NCBI RefSeq assembly: GCF_000143415.4
Contig: NW_003314417.1
Coordinates: forward strand, 185,752 to 249,751
DNA: 64,000 nucleotides
Source: Selaginella moellendorffii
Taxonomy: Eukaryota; Plantae; Lycopodiophyta
Direction of reading: 5' to 3'
Each line of letters begins with the position of its first letter. Position 1 is the first letter of the stretch. Below are positions 11,868 to 25,974 of this stretch, piece after piece. Position numbers and translations under genes: made by a program. The notes below the pieces were generated by a model. That model saw only the letters and a list, made by a program, of their open reading frames with translations, made no database searches and had not been told where the DNA came from.

Positions 11868-12699
11868 TGTTGAGCACTTAGTGGAGGTGATTGTTGAGTT
11901 TTCTCTAAACATAGCTAGTCACTCCATTGTGCCAATGTTGTTGATGATCTTCAGAATGCTGGTAAAATATAAATATAAAACAAAAATATAAATACAGTAA
12001 AAACTAAGTTCCAATGCCTAGTCCCCTTATAGTTGATGTAGCACTATTTAATTTGATGTAGCCAGTTTTACAATGTTTATGATGCATCCCTCTTGATCTT
12101 TGGTGATTCTTGGGTGGCTACTAGATCAGGTTCATCACCTTCTATAAGCTCATTGGGGTTGAGCAATAGACTACTAAACATTTTCCATCTCAAGGCATTT
12201 TTAATTTATGCCCATATGAATAAGGAGTAGTTCCTTAGGGTGGGGTTCCATACTCCACCCACCTGGAAATTTCTCCTCCCCCCCCCCCCTCCAGAAACAA
12301 CTTTCCCCTCCTTTTTTTTAAAATGGTTACATTACATGTAACCCTCTTTTTTATATGCCACATAAGGCTACACATTAGCTTCTTTTTTTCCACATCATAA
12401 TGGATTAGGATGCCATTTTTTTTTACCCTAAATTGAGTGCATAGCATGCCATAGCTTGGCAATTCTTCCTTGGCAATCATTTCCCATGCTGTAGAGATTG
12501 TGATGAGGTACTTAAATTTGGTAGAGTTGTTCTTTCTGGAGGAGGACATGATCTTAGTTCCAGTTTCAAGAAAGCTTTTATTCATTCGAATGGTGGAGGA
12601 AGCGATTGCTATAGTGCTTTCTATGCGATGTCCTACTGCAACTTCATTTATTAAAAGAGTGATCACTAAAAAGGAGCTCCTAGGGCTATTGATTGGTGT

Positions 12700-13765
12700 G
12701 GATTACATCAAGCCAAGAAGTCTCCACTGGCGGTATCAAATAAAGCTTCAGGTTCTCCATATAAATCCACAAAGATTCAGAGAAGTTTTTTAGTATCTAC
12801 ATTCACTTTTCTTTGTGATGAGCTTGCTCCAAAATTGGCCAGGAGGCCTCCTCCAGATTTGGCAGAAATACCAAAGTAGCACTTACTATTTCAAAGCAAG
12901 TAGCTATTGCTTTGAAATGCTTGGTATTCGGGGATACATGGCAAATAATTGGTGATGCATTTAGAGTGGCTTCATGCACTCAAGCTTGTCTATGCTAATT
13001 TAGGTATTCATTGCTTGAGCATGAAGGACTAATGATCCATTGCAAATGAGGAGGGAATAAATGAAGTTATAGCATGATTTCAGAGATTGCATGGATTCCC
13101 AAATTGTTGTGGTGCAATGGATTACACTCATATGGCAATTGAGCTCCTAGGATCAGAGGATGCAATAGATTGGTATGCTAGGGCAAAAACGTACTACTCA
13201 ATGGTAGTTCAAGTTGTGGTAGACAATAAAACTTCATTCCTTGATATAACAATAGGGATAGTAGGTAGTGTTCCAGATAGACAAGTTTGGAATTCTAGTG
13301 GTTTGAAGAAGGCATAGATAGAGAAGAAGTGTTTATGTGGTCCAATGTAGCACACAGAGTTTAGGGACATTCCATTGTATATCATTGCTGACAGAGGATA
13401 AGAGTATGCTTTACTGGTTTTGGTCTTATATCCAAACAAGTTTCATGGCAAAGAGCAATAAAACTTTCTTCATTCTTCTATGAGGATTGTTGTCAAGCAA
13501 TCTTTTAGAATTTTAAAGAGGTAATGGAAATTGCTTGGTTAGAAGGGATTTAAAGGACATCTAGGCATCCTTGCGAATAACATCATGTCTTGCTGTGTGC
13601 TGCATACCTTGATGATCACAAGGAATGACAGGTTCATGGAAAATTTTGACCACAATAGATCTAACTACAATGCAGACTACCTTCCACAAAGGTCTCTTTG
13701 TTCAGTTAAAGATGGCATAGCATTAAGAGACACTGTGGAAAATTTTGTAGAAAGCTTGGAGTGAC
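12700..13765 (+). pseudogene. Decayed PIF/Harbinger DDE transposase (HARBI1-like)
   Basis: GFPNCCGAMDYTHMAI, YSMVVQVVVD..TSFLDI..G..GSVPD..VW, a later YIIADRG-like motif; many stops. Confidence 0.88.
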
Positions 13766-15414
13766 AGTACTATTGTACTTTATTCAATACAATGTTTTTG
13801 AATGAACTTCCATGTTTTTGCATGAATTGGCCTGGATCAAGCTCAAAAAGAAGAAAAGTAGTATCACAAGCATAACATTTTTCTTCCTTCCCAAGTCGTG
13901 ATGGATGGTGGATCAATCAATGTGTTACTTCTGGGTTGTAGCCTCAGAGGCTCGCTTTGCTGCTGCTCTGATCATAGCCTGGAAACTTTACAGAAAAACA
14001 TGTGCTAAAAACCTGTACCAAAAGAGAGAAAGAATAAGAGTGAAAGAGAAAGGAAGAGTGGAGTGGATGCTCACTGCTATGCTTGCTTGACTTGATTTTG
14101 CACTCTACTGTAGCTAAACACAAACAAACACATAGAGAATAAGAAAGAAGAATGACTCAAGTCCCTCAATCCCCAAGAAGGCTCTCAAAAAAGGTCATGA
14201 ACAAGGATAGGCCTGGCATTGCTTGAGTGCTTTGGATCTTAAGCATGTGAAGGTGCATTGATGATGGAAGGCCGGAGTATAAAAAAGATAGGGATAAGGT
14301 TTTAGTGCTACCTTTAACTAGTCTTATGTGGTGGCAATTGCCACTTCTTCCTGTTCCTGAGTCTTAAGATTTGAGTCTAGAGACTCAGGATGATGCTTCT
14401 AAATGCACGGTTGACCATGTGCACTATAGGAGAATTTTCCTTGCTTAAATCTGTAACATCAGTATTTTTCTCCACATCCACATCCCTCGCTATCTCAACT
14501 GGAGGAGATATTGGAGGTGGTGGATTAATGGCAAGGTGAGGGGCAGGATTTTCTTGAGCAATGTAATACTCATAGATGCGCTGCAAAAAGATGAGGACTC
14601 CTGTCTTCACTTGCCTTCCCTTGAGCTACTCCACTATGAATTAGAAGAACGCTTGCCAAGTACAGGATGTCAAACAACACTTCTTGCCAGCACAGTGAGC
14701 ATAGTCAGTGGTGTGGCATTGATAGTGACTTTCAATGTACTGTCTCAACATGTAGTGTCTAAGATGTTTGATATGCTTTTGGCTGCATTTAAACTTTCCA
14801 TAACTGGACTTCTACATGCACTTTTCTAGGTAATCCATCAAAGGCCACACTAATAGGCAGACTCCTACAGACAGAGCAAATACAGCTTTATCTCATCCAA
14901 CCTAGCTTTTATAGGACCCTATCTCCAAAAGATCTTTGCATGGCTCTTTGAGTCAGTCCCATGCTTAAACATGCACATTTATCTATCCATCATTTTCTTT
15001 TCTTGTTCTGGTGGAAAGCTTAGTTTTTTCTGTGTGGTTTCTTTCTTGCCAGGTTTAGAAGGATAAAACATTGGAGACAGCTGGTTTTAATGCCATTGCA
15101 TTAACAAGAACCGCTTTAAAGAACTAAAATTAACATTTTTTTGTTTTTATATAATGTGTATTATGTCAAAATTTACTTGCTTATCTCCTTATATTATGAC
15201 CAGTCTGGATTTATATTTTCAGAAATATAATGGGAAAAAGAGAATTTATATCAGTTTTCTTTTGTGAAACATGCACATCGGACCTAGGAGAAAATTCTAT
15301 ATCTGCTGAACATATTTGAAGAGCTAAATTACTCATATGGGACAAGATAAACATGGTAACTACTCATGCTTTGTGTGACATCAAGAATTGTGACACAAAT
15401 TTTAGTGGTATCAC

Positions 15415-16250
15415 ATTTGGTGACAGGGGGAGACTTTAGGCAAACCTTACCTGTTCTTAAAAGAGCTTGCCACACACAAATTATTCAAAATAGTGTTAAA
15501 TCCTCACCAATATGGTCTAAACTCCTAAAGTTCTCATTTTATATAACCTCCCAAGACATTCAGAGTACCACTAACATCCACTACTAGAGAACAATTGATA
15601 GATAATGTGTTGGAAAAACACATAGAGACAAGCAAAAAAAGCCTATTTTGAAAGGCTATTCTCACAATTTTAAATGACCTCTCTCTACAAGTAAATGACT
15701 AAGTCCTTTCAAGAATGAGCAAAAATAACATACAAGAGAATTGATGTTGTAGAAATAGAATCAAATGAGAAGATCATTGACTATCCTATGGAGTTCTTAA
15801 ACTTGGTGACACTGTTGGAATGCCTCCACATAAGCTAAACATAAAAATCAGCTGTATCATAATGCTCTTACATAATATTAACACAAATAAACTACCATAA
15901 CGAAGGCTTTACCAAACGTCATTGAAGTTAAAATTTTACACAATGATATGCAGGTAAAAAAAAAAAGGAATCTCTTTGAAACCAAAAAAAATGGAGATAT
16001 GCCATTCATTGTAAAATGGTAGTAGTTCTCTGTAAGGCTTGCATTCTCTGTTACAATTTGCAAATCATAAAGACAAACACTGTAAAATATAAAGATATTC
16101 TTGCCAAGACAAGATTTTTTACCATGGTCAACTTTATGTTGCACTCTCAAGGGGAACATCAAAGACACAAATGTCTGTAGAACAATGTGAGAGATAAGGT
16201 TTTCTACAAAATAAAATTGTGTACACAATAAAACATAGTCTATAAAGAAA
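15415..16250 (+). pseudogene. Decayed C-terminal part of Helitron Pif1-family helicase
   Basis: GGDFRQTLPV, VKSSPIW, YPMEFLN, PPHKL, VRLAFSVT, HGQLYVALSR across frames. Confidence 0.88.
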
Positions 16251-16295
16251 TTCTTTAAAATGATAATATTAAATAAAACATAACTACTATCTCTG

Positions 16296-16320
16296 CCAGC
16301 AGAGCTGGATTCCTTGCTAG
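16296..16320 (+). mobile_element. Helitron 3' terminus (hairpin + CTAG|T)
   Basis: ccagc-aga-gctgg attccttg ctag t, directly downstream of the helicase remnant. Confidence 0.9.
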
Positions 16321-19300
16321 TATATATATCAAGATCACCTCCATGAACAATAGCAATAAGCACTTTTACTTGGTTTGCAATGCCAATGGTGGTGGTTTTT
16401 TTTATTTTTTTTATCAATGTTTACTAAAGTCTTGCGTATTGGATAAAATAAGTGGCTGGTCTTTAGGCTAGCCAGAACGTGAAAAACACAAATTTGCCCT
16501 CCCATTGGTCCATGTGTTTCCGACGTCACCATCTTCCTCGTGATGAATTACAAAGTGTTAAAATTCCAGCTGCAACTGATTCCCAGCTCGAAATCAGTGA
16601 CACTGATTTTAAGGAAGGACGTTAGGTCTCATTTAAAAGACCACCTAAAACATTCTAACACAACCTCTGGCAAGATTAACACCAAGGAAGGGCACTATCC
16701 CTTGAATACTCTCCCATGAAGAGGTCCTCCCCAAACTCATTAAGTTGGAATGAACCAGAAAAAGCATGGAGAAACAAATTTTCTAAGATGAGTCATTTAG
16801 AATGAAAACCCTTAGAACTTTAAACATCTTATACACAGGTATTCAATGACGTTAGTTCCAGTGCCTGGGTAACACAAAAGAGAACTGTAAGTAAATGAAA
16901 TTTTCTATACTTACATTACATGTAAACTAAAAAAGAACTTCTGAAAATCATGCCTCACAGATCAGTGGTGTCCGGTAAGACTTTCATTGGCTACAGCCAT
17001 AGAGCTCAAGAGCACTAGAGCTTTCCTGCTAGTGCTCAAAGACCAACAAGGTCTCTCTGACTTTTCTTGCCGCTCTAAATGCCATGTGCTTGCTGCTGTG
17101 AAGGAAGGCATGCAAGCTCAATAAGAAACAATGTAGAGTTTGTGGATGGACTTGATTGATATGTACAAGTGTGGGAGTTTGCTTTTCAGGTTTTAGATTC
17201 CAAACAATCAGTAAAGATCTTCAACAATGATAGAAAACCTCTGTGCTTCTTTTGCTTACCAGAAATTTGCCAAAGTATCCCCTGCCAGCCATGGCCTTTC
17301 CAACAATTTGCGACAATCCAAGAAACATTCGACCCAAGAAAGCAAAGAACTCTGGCACTGCTACGCTTATAGCTTGATTCAAAGCTCTGTCGAAAGTGTT
17401 TTGCATCTCGTTATTTCCAGAAGTTCCTAACCATGAGCCTCATAGAGAGCTCGCATTTGAGGCCCAAATAAAATGCACTACCAATTCGTTTTTCTTTCAC
17501 TTCGAGACAATACACTTTGCTGTAATTGGAGGGATTTCTTTCGCCAGCCATCCGTTAAGGCAGACAAGTTTACTAAACCTTGTCACTGCTAGACGTAATC
17601 AACAAAGGAGCCAGAGCCACCTCTACTACTCAACCTTTAGACTTTCTTTAAAACTAATCCTACACAGCCATTCAGATGGATCTTCTAGCAGATCATCAAA
17701 GTCTAGAAGCACTGAAAGTATACACAAAGAGAAAACATACAGCTAGCCTCTTCCCACACTATTTGCTTCGATGGAATTAATAATCTTATTTCCATAAATT
17801 TATAAAGATCTTTAGGTAAATTCTACTTTGGTAGTTCGCTGTTTCATTCTGGCCGTTTCCCCTCCAACAGCAAGCTTTGAAGTCCATTAGGGGCCTGGTT
17901 ACAAGAGTAACATAAAATACTCCATTCGAGATATGATTGGGCACTCTTTATATTATGGATTATCTCATGCTACTCCGTTGCTCATGAAAAGACTCTTGAG
18001 GAAGGGTGGTATTTAGAGAAATTGTTTCGTCACTTGTCTTTAAATCAGCAGAGTAACTAAATATCTATTCTAGGAATCAAAGAATACAACAATTCAACGC
18101 TTGAATGCAGAGAATAGCGGCTATGCTTCAAGCGTGGCACAACAATAGTCTCTTTGGATGAAAGTTTTCTTAAGTGACAATGGCGTTGATCTTAATTTGT
18201 TTATGATCAGAAATGGACTTGCTAGGAATCCGCCCGGCAGCACTTCCCACCATCTAGGCCAATCCAGTCTGGCACACAAGTGGCTTTAGAAATTCACATG
18301 TTTTGTGAGGCATGTCCTCAACAAAATATTCTCTGCAAGGGAGAACTTGCTCTCATTTCCTCTGGCACACCAATAATCATAAGCAAAGGACACTATATTT
18401 CCATTGCAACCTTTAGTCCTACTACGAGGAATCCGTGTGGGGTGATATATGATCTATCTCTTGACAATCTAGCTCACAACCAGCTCTTATTCAGCTCTAT
18501 TGACTGCATGGGACAATGCTTTCAGTGTGCCTACATCTTTCCCTCGCATATATTAATATCAGAATGACTGTGGAACATGAATGAATAGCTGGGAGAAGCT
18601 TTTTAGTTTAGTAAGCTCCTCAATAGAATATGAGAGGGCAAGTGAACTTTCTTGCTTTTTCTACTAGATTAAGGTGGAAGGAGAATTTGGCAAGCCCGAT
18701 TCTTGGCTAGCCTCTTGACGAGAGGGGCTTTGATGATCTCCTCTTTTTATAACACTAGTTTAGATTATGTGGACAAGGAAGCTGGGATGGTTCTCAAGTG
18801 GCACATGGCAGAGTGGGGCAGTGAACCTTGTATTCAGCTTGGAAGAGAGCATGAGAGATTTGCAGTAGCCGCACTTGACAAACTCTCTTGTAGAAATCCA
18901 AGTTTTATTGCCATGCATATGACATTCAATTCATCTCTACGTGACTAAATCTTACTCCATAGTTTTACATCTAAATAGACTCTATTTCGTTTCTATATTA
19001 CTGTAAGTGGTTAACGTAACGGTGGCTGTTGAAGATGGCTACGTGGCAAACTGGGAAGCAAAGAATTGCGTCGCTTGAGCTATGTAGTGACTGAGCTTCA
19101 ATTCGAGGGTTGCTCGATGGGTTGGGCTAGTTCGGTGGATTCTGATGCTTCAGGTCCATGGCCTCCTTCAGCTGCTTCAGGTTTGTACTTGAAGGAAGTT
19201 GCACCTTCACCCTCGTACGGGTAAATTTTGTATTCAAGTCCTTTTGTGAATATCGCAGAGCTTTGGCTCCTCTTGCAGGATAAAAAACGGAAGCTATAAA

Positions 19301-20102
19301 ACTTCAAACAATGAGTATGGAAGATTCTACGATCGTCATGAAACCCCGCCTGTAAGTTTTGGTCTGTTTTCTTCTTTCGCTAATCTCGCATTTCAGACAA
19401 AGAAGGGGTCAGATAATTATTGGTCCAGAAACTGTGATCTTCTGCACAAGTGCAATATGAACTGCTTTCAACAGTTGAGAAAGTTTCATCTTGGCCATTG
19501 GCCTGGTTTTACAGATGGTAAGCATCTTAAAAGAAAATAGCGAGATGACATGCAACTAATTTTGCAGATTTTCCCATAACATCAAACCGCTTAAGTGCAA
19601 AGAACAGAGGGTGGCTAGAACATAAGATTCCATGGCGGACAAACACGGAGAGTGGGCAAAAGTCTTCGTCAAAACGTTCCAGGAACAGATCCCCACAGGA
19701 CAGGTTGTCATCCAGAAAGTACTCTTTCTTTTAAACTTAAAGGGACAGCTCGGAAGAACCCAAGGGGGGGAGGGGACGGCTTAGAAAAGCAAGAAAAGCT
19801 TACAAAAATTACTTCATAATAACGTCAACTGGAAAATCATCGCTCGAGACCTTCTGGAGAATTTTTGCAGGAAAGAAACAGGATTCCAAATCTAGAATTT
19901 TGAGGGACACGACAGAAAAACAACAGAGGGAGCTTTTATTTCCATTTTTCTGCTTTAAAAATTTCTTATGACTTTTTTCTTCTGTTTCTATTTCAGCTGG
20001 AAGCCTCCTGAAATCCAGGTATGTAAATAATTGCAGAAAGCAGCTCGAGTGCTTCCTTTGTAACACAACTACTTCATAGGGTCATATATATAAATATATA
20101 TA

Positions 20103-20127
20103 CTAGCAAGGAATCCAGCTACGCTGG
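20103..20127 (-). mobile_element. Helitron 3' terminus
   Basis: Reverse complement reads ccagc-gta-gctgg attccttg ctag t. Confidence 0.88.
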
Positions 20128-20280
20128 CTCAGATAGAAAATAGTTTTCAAAATGTTTTAGTGTGATACAAAAATCTTACTCCCTTTACTAAATCTGCTAT
20201 TTGCATCTAGCATTAGGCATCACATATTCCCTTTTTAGAATATTTATGAATATGCTTTTAATTGGACGGTTACTACTTGA

Positions 20281-20305
20281 CTAGCAGGGTCCCAGCTCCG
20301 CTAGG
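20281..20305 (-). mobile_element. Helitron 3' terminus, internal to the one at 20103
   Basis: Reverse complement reads cctagcggagctggg accctg ctag t. Confidence 0.8.
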
Positions 20306-20870
20306 AGAAGTAGAGAATATGTATTTTTAGCGGCCTTTTTGGCTGTGCTTTCTCCTTCCTCCCTGCTTATGTTGAAGATCTTAAAATGATCATCATCCGC
20401 CTTCTTTCATCCTGCACTGGCACAATACAGACCATGACAGAGTATGAGACACACTTGTTCTTAGCCATGCTATGAGTTTAAAACATTCTCTACTTCTCTC
20501 AGCAGACTGGATATTTGATTGATATAGTTGTTAGATAGGTTGGGACTCAGATGTCCTTTGCTATTAAAGGGTGAAAAACTCTGTGTTTACAGAACTCGAG
20601 CTTTGAGAAATGAAAAAAAATAAAAAATTCCTAGCATAACAAAAACCCAACGATGAGGCATAAGTCCTTCTCAGCTTCACATTGAATCTCGTCTAGGAGG
20701 TTTTTCTTGTCTTCTGGGTCTAATCATCCTTCTATATCTAAAAGAGCAAGGGTGACATATTCAATCGAGATTCTTTTCAAGCTTACTGGTGGAGATGAAA
20801 ACACATGGCAAAAAAACAGTTGAGGGTGAAACGTTTTTTTTTTAAGGGTAAACCAGTTTTTTTCAATGCA

Positions 20871-21488
20871 TTTTTCCAGGAGAGCTTATCACCGCGGTAC
20901 ACACCATGAGGTTTGCTGCATGATTGCATTGGTCCTTACGTTATATACCTTGTGCTCATGAATCTTTCCTTTACTGTCCAGTTTGTACTCAAAGATGCCG
21001 TCAAAGAGACTTCCCACAGCACTTGTGGAATCGTGAACAGACCATCTGATCACAATAGTGTGCTGTCCAAAGGCTGCCAGGCGCTCAAGGTTTCCATCCA
21101 GATCGACTTGAAAAGCATTCTACCATTCAGCCGGAGCACCTGTATAATACACTTGTAAGTCTGTGAAAGCAGTTTATTTTCCAGGAGAGCTTATCACTGC
21201 GGTGCACACCATGAGGTTCGCTGCATGATTGCATTGGTCCTTACGTTATATACCTTGTGCTCATGAATCTTTCCTTTACTGTCCAGTTTGTACTCAAAGA
21301 TGCTGTCAAAGAGACCTCTGACTTCCCACGGCACTTGTGGAATCGTGAACAGACCATCTGATCACAATAGTGTGCTGTCCAAAGGCTGCCAGGCGCTCAA
21401 GATTTCCATCCAGATCGACTTGAAAAGCATTCAACCATTCAGCCGGAGCACCTGTATAATACACTTGTAAGTCTGTGAAAGCAGTTTA
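20871..21488. repeat. Tandem duplication of about 307-312 bp covering the DUF2358 second exon
   Basis: 20871-21177 and 21177-21488 are near-identical; the left copy lacks 6 bp (ctctga). Confidence 0.92.
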
Positions 21489-21700
21489 CTGGATCTCTGA
21501 AAGAGATGTCCTCTCTGCACCAAACAAGATAAGCCACTCTATGTTTACTTCATTCTCCTGTATATCTGATAGCTCAGATCTCCATGGAACAGAACAGGCA
21601 GCTCCTCCCTGAAAGTCTTGATGGCATAGCCTACATTGACATAGTAATCCAGAGTTCCTTCCTTGCTCTTTGCTACTAATGGATCCTCTACTTTGCTATT
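21235..21700 (-). pseudogene. DUF2358 (SnoaL-like) protein pseudogene fragment, two exons
   Basis: DYYVNVGYAIKTFREELPVLF..LSYQIYR, then EDISFRDPVN...SAWQP...IRWSVH..PWEVRGLFD..EYKLDSKGKIHEHKV; stop and frameshifts present. Confidence 0.8.
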
Positions 21701-23876
21701 CAGCTTGGTCGAGAGATTGCAATAATGCACTTGAAGAGGTTGCTTGAATCTATCTCTGCTGCTATATGCCAAGCTCAGCACTACCTCTAATGGAAGCAGC
21801 TCACTACACACCATCTTGTCAAGTTCGCTACAAACTGAATATTGTCTTCCTCAGTCAAGCTGATTTCTTCCAGTTCTTCATGCCAACAATGGTATGGCAC
21901 TCTTAAGTTTGAGGTAAAAAGCTTTCACATATTGTTTGTAGCCAAACTGAATGCATTTTCATGTGCAATGGCTCAGTGACAACAAGCTGGATCCCATTCT
22001 AGAGTCACTGGCCAAGCTACCTTGGTTGACTTGCACAGGCTTAACCTCAGCGAGTCCATCTATCCACTGGCAAGTTCTCAGTGTTGAGAATAGTGAGCCA
22101 AGTGGCAGTGACTGAAGAGGTGAGTTTTCTATTTTTGATGCTTTTAGCTCCCTGGCAAACATCTGTATTCTCTTTTCTTCTTCTCTAGATTACTGACAAC
22201 CTTGCTTGGAATGTATTACAGTCATACACATTGGAGATTAAGTTTCTTGAAGCTCTCTGATGCTTCAAACAAAAGGCAAGCACTGCCACCGTCAAGAATA
22301 CATGACAATTGGCTTCAAGAAGATGATGGCTAGGTTTATGAGTTTTGCAGTTGTCAATTTTGCAACTGTTCTTGGCTCTTCTGTATCTGCCAAGTGAGTA
22401 TTTCCGAGCTATGACTCAATTTCTGATGTTGAAGCATGTGAAGCTTTTATGAAGTTTTGGCCAGAGTCTAGAACAATGCACGGGATCTTTGCACGGAAAC
22501 ATGGGGAACATTCGAAATAACCCAGCACTTGAGATGATATGCTCATTAATGCTTTTGATTTGTTAATCTCGAGGCATCTTTTTTTAGGCACTTCGAGCAT
22601 TGACTTACACGGGAACTTTCATTGGTGGGGCAACGATTCTAGCAAAGAAGGCTCTGGAAGAAGCTTATATTACGAAGCAGATGATCTGTTTTCAGACCTC
22701 TTGAAAGATGAAAATGAAGGCTCAGCATTAACAAGAAGTGACTATATCACTTTTAAGGTTACAAAGGTCCATCTTGCAGGAACATCATTGGTTGTATCCT
22801 GGAATGAAGGCTACGTTGGAAGCAGCAATGGGGTACATGCTCTAAAATTTATCCCGCAGCTTTTGCAAGTCTATTTTGACATTGTATTGCAAGATATGAG
22901 TGATTGTAAGTTCCAAACCTTTGCATTTAATCCGCTGCTCTTTGTATGTTTAGCACTACTCTGCAATCTTTTACCTATGGTCTTCTTCAGAATCAATGCC
23001 ATGCTTCCGGATGAGGCATTTTCAATCGAGGTAAGCAAGATTAATTTACTCATAAGCTGACTCATGTCTTAAATCATGTCCAACAAACGTGTTGTCAGTT
23101 TGTGCACACTTTCTTCAAGAAATCTCCTCAATTCATTGCTCTTTTGAAGGTAAGCCTTTCTTATCTATTTGAAGTTGTTATCCCAAAAGAAGTAAAAACA
23201 TTGCAGAAGGTCATCACCAGTCAACCTCAAACAAGTGACAGTAAAGTAAGATGGATTTCACAATGTTTGAGTGTTAAACTTCTATTACATTTACTAGACT
23301 GAGCTTCCTTTGCAACTATGCTGAGTGGTTGGAGACCATGGTACTTGTTTCAAGGATGGTGTAAGAGAGCTCTTTGAAACTCTGGAGTTGGTTCTCTACA
23401 AAAACCTCTTCTTATGGTAATTGAAGTTTCTCACTGTTTATGTTGTGTCTAATCTTCACAAACATCCAGGCATAAAACTTCTGCCATCCCAGCCCAGTCC
23501 CAGCTGCTATTTTTTGTCATAACCATAGCAAAGCTTGCAACGTGTCATCAAGAGCTCTTGCCTAGAGCTCGAGTGCTAAGGTTTGTTTTTTTTTTTTTGT
23601 CTTCTCTAAGGAACTTTCTTGAGTTTAAGTTGCTGTTCTTGATGAAGGTGGCACAATCACATCAACCACTCAAAAAGACTGTCTGGAGAAGAATTGAAGA
23701 TCACCATTGCTGCCTACGACTGAGTCCCTGGAGTGGAGAAGCTGGTGATGAATGCAAAGATGGACCTTGCCTTGCAGCTTATACAGCATGAGAAGCCCGA
23801 GAGCTTGCTACATTACTACAAGGCCATGGAGCTGTAGCATGAAACAAAGTTCAATTTGTTTCTCACATGTCCAAGA

Positions 23877-24318
23877 AGATTTGGCCCCCCGTCGATCACA
23901 ACATGGTCAGATGCTACCAGCATTTTGGACAAATATTCACAGGTTATACTTCCCACCAAAGGATCAACTACAAGGACATAAGTTCAAGAAAAACAAAGAG
24001 AAAACTCACAAGGATCTGGCTCACCCAGTAATGCACAAATTGAAACAAAACTATGGAAATTGTAAGAGCTGGACTTTAATTCTCCTTGAGAGTTTTCAAG
24101 AAGATCTGTCCACTAGGATGAATGTTGCAGTGATAGATTCACATTTTAAACACCACCTACATTTTCCAACGAGAGATAAGATCTTTGAATTCTTCCTCCT
24201 TTCCACATTATCTTGAGAGGCTTTAACGGATAAGCACTGGGGAGGCTAATGTTGACCTTATAAAGGGATCCTATGAGATCAAGAAGAATTTCTTCAAAAG
24301 TTGAGAATTGAGCTAGGA
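23877..24318 (+). repeat. About 440-bp direct repeat, copy 1
   Basis: Near-identical to 25531-25974. Confidence 0.92.
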
Positions 24319-25530
24319 AGTCTAGCCGATGGACTGAATTGTGGAGACCCACTCATAGAAATTATTGGCCTTTGGACTGGCAAAGCAAATCTCTAGTGGA
24401 TCTCTGTGGGCTTCTTCTGGATCTGCTTCGCCCCACTGTGCCAAACCACTTATAACCTTTTGGAGTAGATTGTAAATCAGCTGTTTACAAACATTTTTAA
24501 TTCATTAATTATTTTATTAATATTATTATTGAATTAAAAATGAATGAATTAAATAATTATAATTAAATATTAAATTAGCTGATTCTGCTAATTTACAATA
24601 TTTTATTTCTATCCACTCAAAACCTTCATGATACACATGCTGCAATGTGAACAATACTCAGCCAAGGACATTCAACCATTCCCCACTTGGAGCATGTCGG
24701 GATCTGAAAGAAAGAAGCTTGAGAAATTTATGCAAAGCCAACCATTGATCTCACTGTTCCAGCCTCCAGGATGCCCACAAATTGTTGGCATCCGCCACTC
24801 TATATTGCAAGCAAAATTGGTCATAGAAGAGAAAAAGAAGAAGAGCTAGGAGAACTTTACCATGGCTATCTGTCTTTAGTAATGTCTGTCAGCTATTCAC
24901 ATACTTCCCAGCCCACATGGTTGGATGATCTGCTCCCCTATGCACAGAAAAATGAGCTCTTATATCGCAAGAGATAGCAAGAAAAAAAATTTTAATTATC
25001 TTTCACACATTGCATAGAAGATAGGATGTTTGCTTTTGTTGAGAGCCTCACTCACTGGGTTTTGTGGTGGTGTTGCTCCATTTCTGAGATGCAAACATTG
25101 TTTGCATACTGAGCATAAGAAGGCTGATTTTAATTGTGAAAGCAATTGTCATACTTGAGATAGTCAATTCCCTATACGAGAAGAAATAACTCAATTGACA
25201 TGTTGAAATGGAACAAAAACAGCATGTTTACTGTGCCCTTTGAAGCCACTCAATGGCATTTACAAGTCATTCTCCTAGAAAACGTCTACAGATATTGGAA
25301 AAAAGAACTCTCTACCTTCCAGTAAATTTGACCACATCATTGCCTGTACTTTTGAGATGCACATTGAGACCTTTTGACTTTCCTATCACTACCACATGAT
25401 CTCTGTATGGACAAAAAAATGTTTTCTATTCTACATCTTCTTCCACAATTGTACAACTAACCCCTTCCAGAATAAGATGTGAAGCTGGCTATATATATAT
25501 AGATTTAATATTATAATTTGGCCCCCTGGG

Positions 25531-25974
25531 AGATTTGGCCCCCCGTCGATCACAACATGGTCAGATGCTACCAGCATTTTGGACAAATATTCACAGGTTA
25601 TACTTCCCACTAAAGGATCAACTACAAGGAAATAAGTTCAAGAAAAACAAAGAGAAAACTCACAAGGATCTGGCTCACCCAAGAATGCACAAATTGAAAC
25701 AAAACTTTGGAAATTGTAAGAGCTGGACTTTAATTCTCCTTGAGAGTTTTCAAGAAGATCTGTCCACTAGGATGAATGTTGCAATGATAGATTCACGTTT
25801 TAAACACCACCTACATTTTCCAACAAGAGATAAGATCTTTGAATTCTTCCTCCTTTCCACATTATCTTGAGAGGCTTTAACGGATAATCACTGGGGAGGC
25901 TAATGTTGACCTTATAAAGGGATCCTATGAGATCAACAAGAATTTTTTCAAAAGTTGAGAATTAAGCTAAGAAA
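25531..25974 (+). repeat. About 440-bp direct repeat, copy 2
   Basis: Near-identical to 23877-24318. Confidence 0.92.

Noticed and set aside
11900-12666. hAT-like or zinc-finger remnant on the minus strand
   Set aside because: Too degenerate to support a call.
14377-15000. Myb/SANT partner gene of the Harbinger element
   Set aside because: Position and orientation are plausible but no clear motif is visible, and I found no TIRs.
21830-23500. Protein-coding gene (ORF 22539..23060 or a minus-strand remnant)
   Set aside because: No recognisable domain; minus-strand frames contain many stops.
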